A stretch of 64,000 nt of DNA from Octopus vulgaris (lineage: Eukaryota): contig OX597821.1 in assembly GCA_951406725.2 (NCBI GenBank), positions 80,476,001-80,540,000 on the forward strand, written 5' to 3'. Below, in pieces: positions 27,566 through 39,788 of this stretch. A model generated the notes under the pieces. It did no database searches and was not told the DNA's origin. It saw only the letters and a program-made list of their open reading frames with translations. A program made the position numbers and the translations under genes. Position 1 is the stretch's first letter. Every line of letters begins with the position of its first letter.

Positions 27566-27972
27566 TCTTTTACTCTTTTACTTGTTACAGTCATTTGACT
27601 GTGGCCATGCTGGAGCACCGCCTTTAATCGAGCAAGTCGACCCCAGAACTTATTCTTAGTAAGCCTAGTACTTATTCTATCAGTCTTTTTTGCCGAACCG
27701 CTACATTACGTAAACACACCAGCATCGGTTGTCAAACGATGTTGGGGAGACAAACACAGACACACAAACATATACACACACACATATATATATACATATG
27801 CATATATACGACGCGCTTCTTTCAGTTTCCGTCTACCAAATCCACTCACAAGGCTTTGGTTGGCCCGAGGCTATATTAGAAGACACTTGCCCATGGTGCC
27901 ACGCAGTGGGACTGAACCCGAAACCATGTGGTTTGTAAGCAACCTGCTTACCATACAGCCACTCCTACGCCT
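27566..27972 (-). mobile_element. SINE family B, full length
   Basis: All family modules present. Confidence 0.92.
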
Positions 27973-28071
27973 ACTAGGTGATGATACTATATTATCATCT
28001 CACGACTATATTAAAAGAACCTAAAGTTATATTAGATTGCAAGTGATGGGGTATTGTATATGTATATATAC

Positions 28072-28133
<62 letters not shown>

Positions 28134-28146
28134 ATGTGTGTGCGTG

Positions 28147-28180
<34 letters not shown>

Positions 28181-29017
28181 CGCACACACACACACACAAG
28201 TACAGGACTTTAAAATAGGCACTTCGGTCGGCTTGTTCGACTTAAGTTTAGTCGGACAGATCGACCGAAGTGCTTATTACTCTTCAAAGTTGTGCCCCAG
28301 CATGGTCACCGTTCAATGACAGAAAAAAGTAAAAGATAAAAAAGTAAAAAGACTGAAACACGCTTTAGACTCGTTTCACTGAACCTACAAATAAGTATTT
28401 AAACGGGTGTCGGGTGGAACGGGGTTTCGGAATGAATGCGTGGGTGGTAAGAAGAGAACGGAATAGAAGTTTGTTTTTTTGTGTCTCGGGTGAGCGCGTG
28501 CCAGACTCGTGCTTGGTCACTGGCAGATGGGTACACCTGAAGAGCAATAACAATACCAAAGCCAACACCATAAGCATCACGACCACCAACAAGACCCCCT
28601 AACGCCCTAACCCCTTTTCTTCACCTCCCATCTACTCACGCCGGGATTAAGCCGCAAGCTTAGCTGGGCCAATTACCTCTCTTTCTTTTCTTCACCCTTT
28701 TCTTTCGTCGTTTCCTCTCCCAGCCTTAATATTTTTCCCGCCCATTCTGCTTCATCAAATAGTTCTTTGATTAATCTTCTTTCTGGTCAGTTGTACTTTG
28801 TGTGAAGTGCGCAGGAGTGGTCAGTAATTTCTTTTGCATTGGTCATTGGGTCACTGGATTTCCTTTTTTCTTCTTTTCTCTTTTTCTTCTTTTCTCGCTG
28901 GCAGATGTTTATTAACACCTCCTTTGTCTTGTCACTTCCACCCCTCTTTTCTTTTTTTCTGAATTCTGGGCTTTGTTAGTGGAGATAGAAGAAACCGTTG
29001 GCAAATATAGAGGAGGT

Positions 29018-29048
<31 letters not shown>

Positions 29049-29876
29049 GCAGACAGACAGACAGACAGACAGACAGAAAGTGACAAAGGAAGGAAGGAAA
29101 GGTGTCTGTTATGTGGTCAACTAGGATCAGACGTATTTGTAATTATCAACGCCAGATTAAATGTTACAAACGTAGCACTTACACGTATGTCCAGCCATTC
29201 TAAGCAAATTGTTCAAACGTATAATGTCATGCTTAGATTGGACATAGAAGCATATAAATAAACCAAACGAAAAATTAACTAAAACCATCAAATTACACCT
29301 CGGACTGAACCTGGAACCATTTTGCTGGGAAGCATGTTTCTTACCACACAACCACGCTTGCGCCTATAATTTTAGCACAGAAAGTTCGAGGGAAGGGTAA
29401 ATCAAATACAACGGTCCCAGTTCTCGACTGGTACTTATTTTATCGGCCCTGAGAGGATAAAAGGCAAAATGGAACTTGTCAGAATGTGAACTTACAGCGT
29501 TAAGATAGACGAAATACCACTAAGCATTTTACCCTGCGTGGTAACAATTCTGCCAGCTGTGTTTGTCCCTCACCATCGCTTGGCAACCGATGTCTGTGTG
29601 TTTATGTCCCCGTAACCCTAGTCACAATAGAATAAGTACTAGGCTTACAAAGAATAAGTCTTCGACTAAAGGTTGTGCTCCAACATGGCTGCAGTTAAAT
29701 GACTAAATAATAAAACACTCAATTTTCGTCTACCAAATTCATTGACAAATCTTTGTCGGCTTGAGGATATAGTAAAAATTACTTAGAAGATACTTGTCCA
29801 AGGTATCAAGCAGTGGGTCTGAACCAGGAACTATGTAGTTGGGAAGCAAGTTTCCTACCACAGAGACATGCCTGCG

Positions 29877-29949
<73 letters not shown>

Positions 29950-29950
<1 letters not shown>

Positions 29951-30183
29951 GAACAAACTTACTTAGTAATGGATGCGTGCGTTGACCTTCGAAACGCCGA
30001 GTAGATGAAACAGAGGCGACTGAAGAAGAGGAATTTTCCTTGTGTTGTATGTCCTGTACTCTATGTTTTCGTTAAAAAAATGTCTATTTCCTTGGTTTTG
30101 TGTTTATGTTTTCGTTTCTCATAGTGTTCGACGTTTTTTGGTGTCCTGTACCCATATATGCATGTATATATACATGTAGATGT

Positions 30184-30247
<64 letters not shown>

Positions 30248-30420
30248 TTCGATCTCGAAATACGAGAGTAGAAACACAGCCAACAACTGATGAAGAGTCG
30301 TTCTTTTGTTGTTTGTCTTGTTTTCCATTTGTGCTTTTCGTTGTTTGAAAAATAGTTCATATTCCATGTATTCGTACTTCGTATTTTTTGTTGTACGCGT
30401 TTCGTGACGTCCTGTGCCCA
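29950..30420 (+). mobile_element. Two short (TA)n-inserted elements of one family (third copy about 52265-52500)
   Basis: Shared ctga(a/t)gaag... motif. The first copy and the 52.3-kb copy end in tttggtgtcctgtacccatatatgcatgtatatatacat; the second copy has a diverged version. Separated by (TA)n. Confidence 0.65.
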
Positions 30421-31023
30421 CATATGCATATATATATATATATATATATATACGTATAGATGCAAGTATGTATATATGCATATGTATAAGCTTATACACA
30501 CATACGTGTGCGTATGTGTGTATACGAAAGAAAGAGCGAGAGAGAGAGAGCGAGGGAGAGAGAGACTCTGGTATTTAAGATATTGGATTTAGTGGAAGTC
30601 AGCTTGGCGAACATTCTTCTCCCTCGTGTATTACTATTAATTCCCACGCTAAGAAAACAGTTGTCACTTCACTTTTAAATAGTTGCTGTCTTTAAGCAGG
30701 GAGAGGTCCCTGTGCTTAGACATTTAGCTACCATTAGGACGTCTACAAAACAAATATAATGCTATAACTATGGAAAGAAACGAAACACCAAAATTCGGCT
30801 GTTGATCGGACGCTCCTCCTTTCAACTCTGTCTCATACGAAATCATATGTATGTACATCTTCGGCGCAAGAATGGTTGTGTGGTCGTGAAGCTCACTTTG
30901 TAAACGCGTGGTTCCGGGTTCAGTGCCACTGTGTGGCACTTTAGGCCAGTGTCTTTTAGAATAGCTTCTAATCAACCAATGCCTTGTGAATCAATTTGCT
31001 AAATGGAAACTGTGTGGAAATAC

Positions 31024-31060
<37 letters not shown>

Positions 31061-31061
<1 letters not shown>

Positions 31062-31250
31062 GGGGGAGAATTCACAAAAAAAACAAAAGACGAAGACAGG
31101 TGGTGTAGATTACAAACAGATGTGGGCGTAATACAAACAAACAGATGTATTAGTATAACGCTCGGGAAGTGAAAAAGCCTTTAACGTTTCGAGCCTACGC
31201 TCTTCCACAGAAAGAAACAAGGAGAGAAAATAAAGAATGTTTAGTGGCTA
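31061..31250 (-). mobile_element. Short (TA)n-inserted element with variant hammerhead-like motif, interrupting a SINE B
   Basis: Minus 31179-31214 reads cttt-CTGTGGA-a-gagc-gtag-gctc-GAAAC-GTT-aaag. SINE B halves at about 30862-31020 and 31270-31490. Confidence 0.6.
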
Positions 31251-31963
31251 AACCTATACATATGTACACATGTGTGTATGTGTGAGTGTATGTTTGCCTG
31301 TCTCCACCGTTTGACAGACGGAGTCAGTTTGTTTACGCCCACGTAACTTAGCAGTCCAATGAAAATGACGGATAGAATAAGTACCACATTTTTTTTTAAA
31401 TATCTAATTAGGTCGATTTGTTCGACTAAAACCTTTGAAAGAGGCGCCCTAATATGGGCGCACTCCAATTAGTGAAACAAGTATAAGATAAATATACATA
31501 AGCACATACGCGCGCGCATGCTCATTCCTATGTGTGTAAAAAAATAGATGTACGAATGTGTGTTGATTCTCGTTTCTGTATTTATTCTGTGAAATCTGAA
31601 AGAATAGACCAATATATAAACAACAAAAATGTCTGAAGTAGTTTATGTCAATCTTCAAATAGCTTTTCTCACCTCATTCTGAGCAATGATACACCCCCAC
31701 ATATACAGCTGTAGATAATGAAAACTAGATAATAAATATTCATAAAATTTAGGTAATAAACTTAAATTAAGTAATTAACTTCAATTTAAAACATATCTAT
31801 CATTGCCTTACTACATAAAACCAATGGAAATATTTTCTTTTTTCTTTTTTTTGTTCATTGGAATTGCAAATTTGCGCGAAGAAACACGACACAAGAACTC
31901 ACGGGAAAAAACGGAATATATTCTTATGATAATAATGAACTGGTTAAAAATAAGTCTATATAT

Positions 31964-32397
31964 CTGTAGAGGTGTCAATCCATTACGGCTGTTTTTAACG
32001 ACTCCTTTAATTGATTAATTACATCATAATTGATTAATTACATCATAATTGATTAATTACATCATAATTGGTTAATTACATCATAATTGATTAATTACAT
32101 CATTGTAGAGAAACCGTTTTCGTCAGATGAATTCCAAATACTTCAAAATAAAGGATATTCGGAATGATTTAACATGGTTCAAAATCCATGGAGCAGAAAC
32201 ATTTATAGTGATTCTGCTACTGCTTTTCAGTTGACAGAATTCTGCCAACTAAAATATGTTCAATCATACGGGATGTTCTTCATTTTGAAGTTCATGAATT
32301 CATCTGACAAAAACGTGTTTCTCTTCAGGGATGTAATGTTTTCATTCATCAATTAAGGGAGTCGTTAGAAACGACCATAATGGATTCACTCCTATAG
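31964..32397. mobile_element. Fold-back MITE (probably Tc1/mariner type) with internal 19-bp tandem repeat x5
   Basis: Left aatccattacggctgtttttaacgactcctttaattgat pairs with right atcaattaagggagtcgttagaaacgaccataatggatt. Unit taattgattaattacatca x5 at 32008-32102. Confidence 0.75.
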
Positions 32398-32535
32398 CTC
32401 TACTGTTACTCATATTTTTATTCACCTGTCTCGGAATCTGCTCTTCGCAAATACTATGGCCCGTAAATGTAGTATAATGTAATGCCAGGTGTGTGTTGTG
32501 GCTACCCTCTCCTAAAAAATGAGGAATAGACCTGA

Positions 32536-32571
<36 letters not shown>

Positions 32572-32575
<4 letters not shown>

Positions 32576-33040
32576 AAATAAACAACATGGATATCCAGAG
32601 GTAATGCAGTACGATCGTTTCATGCCTCTCCATTTAATTGAACAATTCAATCAATACATCAATTTAAAATGCAGAGTAATCTTCAGCTGCACAAAGACAA
32701 AGAATTTAATTAAATTAGAACAGATGGACACATTAGTATAATTATACCTAAAGTGTCCAAGAAGTTAAGAAGATTGACAAAGAACATGCTGTTCTTAGTA
32801 ACTTCTATGCTGGAGTAAGAACAGCATATTCTTTCTCTATCTCCTTAAATTCTTGGAGATTTTAGGTATAATTATACTAATGTGTCAATCTGTTATAATT
32901 TAATTAAATTCTATGTCTTTGTGCAGCTGAATATTTTTCTGTATTTTAATTGATGTAATGATTGCATTGTTCAATTTAATGGAGTTGCATGAAACGATAG
33001 TATTGCATTACCTCTGGATATCCTTGCTGCTTATTTTGAT
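32572..33040. repeat. Fold-back palindrome, arms about 225 bp, spacer about 18 nt, next to (TA)n
   Basis: Arms align throughout, e.g. gacacattagtataattatacctaaa / tttaggtataattatactaatgtgtc. Confidence 0.93.
32604..32692 (-). ncRNA. Type I hammerhead ribozyme, canonical core boxes
   Basis: gtgcag-CTGAAGA-[long helix II]-GAAAC-gatc-GTA-ctgcat. Helix I is 6 bp, helix III palindromic acgatcgt, GUA cleavage triplet. The base of helix II is imperfect. Confidence 0.72.
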
Positions 33041-33128
33041 TTTTATCACCTTACTTTGAAATTGTATGGATAATACTGTACTAAATACTAAATTCTGGTG
33101 CCTCAACTTAAGTACCATATTTATATGA

Positions 33129-33190
<62 letters not shown>

Positions 33191-33301
33191 TTTATTTAAA
33201 GCAGCAGAAAATTCAGTTGAATTTTCTGAAAGCATATCACTCTACCACTGGTATTTGAGTACTCTTTTTTTCCACCTTGTTTCACATTTATGTGTTACTC
33301 C

Positions 33302-33357
<56 letters not shown>

Positions 33358-33571
33358 CTGTCTGAATAGCTCAGAGGCAGATTTCTTCATTCAGCTGGGG
33401 CTAATTGTCTGTTTACACTGCAAGAATAGCATTCGGCTGGTACTTATGTACGAGTTTAATAATCACATAATTTTGTTGTGTGTGTATTTTATTCCGACCT
33501 AAAGAGGTGCCTCAATTTAAGCATCTAATTCAATTGAAACTTACTTATATATATATGTGTCTGTGTCTGTG

Positions 33572-33603
<32 letters not shown>

Positions 33604-33605
33604 CA

Positions 33606-33686
<81 letters not shown>

Positions 33687-33689
33687 TAT

Positions 33690-34062
33690 ATGTGTGTGTT
33701 TGTTTATATTCAGGCATAATTAAAACAATTTTACATTAATCTGATGGGTTACTCTATAATTTTGTACAGTACAAATTTATTATTCTTAAACAAGAATACT
33801 ATTGACAGTGACTTCGAAGTTTCGGCCAGCTAAGCCAACGTTAGACTGCCTGCACACATGTGCGCGCTTATTTATTTAGAGATATATATAGATATATGTG
33901 TGTGTGTGTTTATATTCAGCATAATTAAAACAATTTTACATTAATCTGATGGGTTACTTATAATTTTGTACAGTACAAATTTATTATTCTTAAACAAGAA
34001 TACTTTGACAGTGCTTCGAAGTTTCAGCTAAGCCACGTTGCTGCCTGCACCATGTGTTATTT
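33690..34062. repeat. Tandem duplication of about 185 bp (likely assembly artefact)
   Basis: Second copy differs from the first almost only by short deletions. Confidence 0.85.
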
Positions 34063-34224
34063 ACATTTACCTACATAGAAATATTATACGCGCTGTTAAG
34101 TGTGACATGCAACCAATGTTCAAAATAGATTATTTTATTTTTATGTTTTATTTTATCTAGTTTCAGCTCACGAGCTATGGCCATGCTGGGGCACCGCCAT
34201 TTGGTGTTGCTACATAATTTTACT

Positions 34225-37120
34225 TCACGAATGCTTTTTAGCAATTGACATTTGGTGCATGAGAGAGTTCGATGCAGCTGCCCTCATCTGCACCTCCTGC
34301 CATGAAGTTGGTTCATCCGGGACACCTGACAGGAAGAGATCCAGTCCTACTTTAAAGACATCCGCACCCACCCCATGCAGGTCCCTCAGGTTCTTCGGGA
34401 GGATATTGAAGAGCTGTGGGCCTCTGAAGCCCAGACTATCACAGTATCTTGTCCAACATCTTGATGGCAAATTTGGAGTCCTTGGCACTATGCAGTGGCG
34501 CCAAGTTCTAGCATTTGTGTAACTCTCGATGCCAAAGTTTGGGACAAGTCCTTCTAGAATCTTCCAGATGTATATTATGGCATATCTTTCTCGCCTACGC
34601 TCTAAGAAATAGAGTCTTAATCTCTTGATTCTTTCCCAGTAGCTTTTATGCTGCACAGAGGCTATCTTCTTCGTGTAGCTTCGTTGGATCGCCTCAAGTT
34701 CTGTGATTAACTTGACACTGGATAGTGACCATAGCTGAGGGCAATAGTCAAAGTGGCTTAGGATAAGTTTCCTCCAGAGGACCATCATGGTTTCCTGGTC
34801 TCTTGTTCTAAAGGTTCAGCCGCCTACATTTCATTGCCAATTTAGCAACATGCACATGAAAGGTTGCATCATCACTCATGTAAATACCCAGGTCTCGCAC
34901 TGATTGTGTCTCTGGGATTGCAATCCCTCCAGGTCCAGTGTATTTATCGGGTATTGCATTTAGTTTTGTATGCTGAAAGCATAAAGCTTGAAAGTTTTCA
35001 GCATTGAGCTGCATGCTATTCTTTTCAGCCCACTTCTATATTTTGTCCAGCTCACATTGCAGGTGCTTAGTGTCTTCAGGGTTCTGTATTGTCTGTGAAA
35101 CTTTTGTATCATCTGTATAACTTGTGATCGTGGCTCTCTGCATGGCTGAGGGCATGTCTGAGAGGGACATTATGAACAGTAGTGGTCCCAAAACAGTGTC
35201 TTGCGGAACACCGCTCACTATTTGCGTGTTATTGGAGGTGGCCCCATTGGCTACTACCACCTGACTTCTATCCTTCAGAAAGTCATGAAGCCATTCTCCC
35301 AATTTTCCAACTATGCCAAGGTCACGCAGTCTGTGACATATCATTCCATGATCGACTTTATCAAAGGCCTTTGCAAAGTCGAGATATATGACTTCCACAT
35401 TTGAGTAGTTGAGCACCCAGTCATAGTGTTGTAGGAGCTGAGTTAAGCAGCTACTTCCTGGTCGAAAAACATGTTGGGTGTCAGGCAGCAAGTCATTTTC
35501 CTCAAGGAAGATGATTAGTTTCCTTCTGACTATTCGTTCCATGAACTTGCTGATGTGAGAGGTCAGAGAGATAGGTCTGTAGTTCTTGGCCTCCGCTCTG
35601 CTACCTCCTTTATGAATAGGGCATATTTTACCTTCCTTCAGTTTTCTTGGAAGATTACCAGTTGCAAGGAAGCTCTGAAAGAGGAACTGCAGTGGTCTTG
35701 CTAGGACTCGCTTACATACTTTTAGAAGGATTGCTGGGAATCCATCGGGGCCAGTAGCTAAATTTCATCTATAGCCTTTATTACATCGTCTTCCTTTATA
35801 TTGATGTAATCAATCATCGCTGCCTCTGATTTTATATCTGCAGTGGATTGCTGACTTGAAAATGCCCTAGTGGTGGAGTGAAAATACTGTTGAATTACTC
35901 ATTTAGTATTTCACTTATCCTTATTGGATTTCCTGTGAGTGTGCCATCCTTTTCAAGGAGTGGCCCTATCCTACAGTGCACCGTAGCTGTTTCTTTGGCA
36001 TACCTGTAGAAAGCTCTGGGGTTAGATTTTATGTTGTCTATAGCCCAGGCTTCTTTGTCTGCTCTTTCTTTTTCATGGGAGAGAGTTGCAGACATTTTTC
36101 AATTTCCAACAGTTTTATTTTCAGGCGAGACTTTTCACTGCTTTCAATTTGTTTGTTTAGGCGATTTGAAACTTTTGTACGCCGTCTCATTAGAATTTTC
36201 CTATCTCTGGGGATTTTGTTCTTGTGTACAGTGGCCTTTCTCTCTGGGACACATTTGTAGCATATGGCTTGCATTACAGACATGAATTGTTGAAGTTTCA
36301 TGTCGATGTCTGGTGAGGAGAGACATTCAGGCCAGTTTTGTTTGAAGATCTCTTTCTCGATTTGTTTCCAGTTTGTCTTATGGAAGTTCAAGCTTGAAAG
36401 ATTCTGAGAGTTTCTTGTAGGCTGCATGTCCGTGCTTTCCTTTGGCCCGTACATGGCCAGCTCTACCATGTTGTGATCCGAGAGTAGTGTCGGTGTCACT
36501 TTCACATTATGGATGAGATCCATATTATTTGTGAAGCAGAGATCCAGTATGTTACCTGCCCTGGTTGGTTGGAGTACAGAGTGTTGATGAGGTTCAGGAG
36601 GGACCTCGCCTGTCCTCGTTCGCATCTTGTCATTCCTGGGAGAGAAAGGCCCTCGGGCCATCTGACATTGGGTAGATTGAAGTCTCCCATAAGAAGTACA
36701 CTTATGTGATGTTCTAATGTGACTAGAACTTCTATTTTTATAAGGCAGTCTTCAAACTTGCCTACATGGCTTGGGGTATCTGGAGGGCGATATGTAGCAC
36801 ATATAACTACACCAAGTTGCCTTATATGTACAATTAGTGTGTCACACACCGAATTTAAGTATGACAAAAGGACCTGAGGGTGTGAGGTCCTCACGGATGT
36901 ACATAGCAACTCATCTATGACTCCTTTCTTTTCTGTCGGTCCGTAGTACAACATACTGTGGTACGTGTATTTCCGCATCTGCTATGTCCGGTTTCAGGTG
37001 TGTTTCCGTAAGTGCTATGCATAAGGCTTGATTGCATGCAACAAAGTCTCTCAAGAACGTGATTTTTGTCCTGTTACTGAGTGTTAGCAGTCCTCTGATG
37101 TTCAGTAGGAGCATCGAGGT
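34225..37120 (-). pseudogene. LINE ORF2: AP endonuclease plus reverse transcriptase, frameshifted
   Basis: Collinear ORF pieces 36911-37258, 36502-36978, 36038-36661, 35895-36095, 35036-35542, 34808-35014, 34225-34788. Confidence 0.93.
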
Positions 37121-37299
37121 GAGGTGTATGCTGTTGCCGGTGGTGTCCACTTTGGGTCTATTTGCTGTAGTGGTCTTATGTATTGTGGATAGTCCCATGT
37201 GCGAGTTTGAGTTCGATGGAGCCAGGTTAGCTGCTGTACAATCTTTTGTGCCATGCACAAAAAAGATTCTTGTTCAGCAGCTGCCCTTTCAATAACATG

Positions 37300-37962
37300 T
37301 TAGCGGTTTGTAGCACGCACCACATCTGCGTACCTCCGTTTTGGGGCAGGTCGTGCGTGGTCCATTCCTTTTCCTTTTGGTAGTTGGTTTCTGACCTGTT
37401 TCATGTTTATGTGGCAGGGTCTTTGATGTGCAAAACGGCAGCCTGCACCTTCCTCTCCATGCCAGCAGACACCCTTCAGGTAGAATTTACACATTCGTGT
37501 GCGCTGTCTCTTTCTATCCCTTTTGGTACATGGATAGTCAGGTTTGCATCTATCCTTGGCTGTTTCATCTTTTGGTTTTGTTTGAGTTTTAGTTTTTCCT
37601 TCTTTGGCTGTTTCATCATTTGTTTTTCTTTTAGTTTTTCCTCCTTTTACTTCCTTTTTGACTCTTTCATCTCCATGGTTTTGGCTTTTGGTGCTGGTAG
37701 GAGCACTTGCACTTGGGTTTACTTCCCGGGCAGATTTCGCACTTGAATCTTCTTCTTTCTGGTTGTCTACCAAGTGGGGGTGACATCTTTCATCAGCACC
37801 CGTGCCTCCATCCTTGCCATCTTTACTTTGTTCGTTGTCAAAGATGGCATCAAGCGTGCCAATGTGAGATCTTATGAGTGCATAGGAGCGTATAAACTCC
37901 TGCTTCTTTCGCTCTATCTGCGCTATCGTCCTGAAAGAAATGAAAGAGAGGAGGTTATGCAA
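37300..37962 (-). pseudogene. LINE ORF1-like frame with basic low-complexity region and CCCH zinc finger
   Basis: CKFYLKGVCWHGEEGAGCRFAH is C-x7-C-x8-C-x3-H. It lies directly upstream of ORF2 on the same strand. Confidence 0.7.
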
Positions 37963-38920
37963 AAGATTGAGCGGCTGAGAGAAGATAAGAAGAGAGTGAG
38001 AGAGAATCTATAAATTTAGGAAGTTTGAGCGGCTGAGAGAAGAAAGATGGTGTGATAGAGAGAAGTGAAGAGACAGAGAGAGAAAGAAAAGAAAGAGAGA
38101 AGTTTACGAAGCTGAAACAGAAATTGAAAGACTATTAACAGAATGTAAATTATAAATATATACCTGTCCGTAGCTACAAATGTTTTCTTCTAAGCTAATT
38201 GCAACTATACTTCTAATGTTTGCGTCTATATATTTAGGGAGATTGAGGGGCTGAGTAAATATATATATATATATATATATATAAAGCAATGAATAAATAT
38301 ATGCCTATCTAAAATTGAACAATTTTAAAGAGATGTATTGAGAAACAGAGCTGAAGCAGAGATCGAAAGATTATTAACAGAATGTAAACAGAGAATAGGT
38401 CCTTACATTGAATTACGGGAAATTAAACAAATGAAAAGGGGTACTTTTCTTATAAGAGGTAGAAGTCCCAAAATCGTCTCCCTATACGAAGAAGTTTTCT
38501 TTCAAAAAAGAAAAGAAAAACGGGTCTTTTTGCTTGGGAATAAACTTAAGAGCTGTCACCACGTGCTTTCTTTTCGGCAGGAAATCTGGCGTACGTAATT
38601 AACTTTAGTGTATTATATTTGGCTTGAAGCGAAATATATTACGGTTTTTAACTAATATATCCTAGTAGATCGCTATGAGATAGCAAGTTCTACATTTTTA
38701 TCAGTTTTAGCAGATTATTTCGTCGATTTATGCAAACCTTTTTGTTTTTATCATAGAGCAAAGCAAACACGTCTTTCCCCTTGCAGAACACTTAAGAAGT
38801 GCTTTAACAAAATTATATGTTTCGTCGGTAGTTATGTAATTCTGATGGTAATTTACGAAACACGTAAATGTTTTTAGCAGCGTTGAATACACATCTGTTT
38901 TTCTGTATATTATTGATACA

Positions 38921-39018
<98 letters not shown>

Positions 39019-39019
<1 letters not shown>

Positions 39020-39788
39020 AGGCGGCGAGCTGGCAGAAACGTTAGCACGCCGGGCGAAATACGTAGCCGTATTTCGTCTGCCGTTACGTTCTGAGTTCAA
39101 ATTCCGCCGAGGTTGACTTTGCCTTTCATTCTTTCGGAGTCGATAAATTAAGTACCAGTTACGCACTGGGGTCCATGTAATCGACTTAATCCGTTTGTCT
39201 GTCCTTGTTTGTTCTCTTTATGTTTAGCCCCTTGTGGGTAGTGAAGAAATAGGTATTTCGTCTGCCGCTACGTTTTAAGTTCAAATTCCGCCGAGGTCGA
39301 CTTTGCCTTTCATCTTTCGGGGTCGATAAATTAAGTACCAGTTATGCACTGGGGTCTATATAATCGACTTAATCCGTCTGTATGTCCTTGTTTGTCTCTT
39401 CTGTGTTTAGCCCCTTGTGAGTAGTAAAGAAATAGGTATTTCGTCTGCCGTTACGTTCTGAGTTCAAATTCCGCCGAGGTCGACTTTGCCTTTCATCCTT
39501 TCGGGATCGATTAAATAAGTACCAATTACACACTGGGATCGATATAATCGACTTAATCCGTTTGTCTGCCCTTGTTTGTCCTCTCAGTTTTTAGTCCCTT
39601 GTGGATAGTAAAAAAGTAGCTATTTCGTCTGCCGCTACGTTCTGAGTTCAAATTCCACCGAGGTCGACTTTGCCTTTCATCCTTTCGGGGTCGATAAATT
39701 AAGTACCAGTTGCGTACTGGGGCCATTTTAATCGGCTGGTCCCCTCTCTCAAAATTTCGAGTTTTGTGCCTAGAGTAGAAAAGAATAA
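39019..39788 (+). mobile_element. Tetrameric SINE family A
   Basis: One head (aggcggcgagctggcagaaac) followed by four tatttcgtctgccg...aagtacca units about 182 bp apart. Confidence 0.92.

Larger units (their letters stand above)
34130..38000 (-). mobile_element. Near-full-length decayed CR1-group LINE (ORF1 plus APE-RT ORF2)
   Basis: APE motifs LLNIRGL, ALTETHL, YRPPD, MGDFNLP, NILDL, LSDHN. RT motifs NYRPISLTS, YLDFAKAFDKVDH, SGVPQDTVLGPLLF, YTDDTK. Multiple frameshifts; stem-loop 3' tail. Confidence 0.95.

Noticed and set aside
32008-32102. Five 19-bp direct repeats (CRISPR-like at a glance)
   Set aside because: No spacers; simple tandem duplication within a MITE in eukaryotic DNA.
39019-39788. 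Regularly spaced repeats as a CRISPR array
   Set aside because: Whole units of about 182 bp are repeated, with no unique spacers and no cas genes; SINE-derived.
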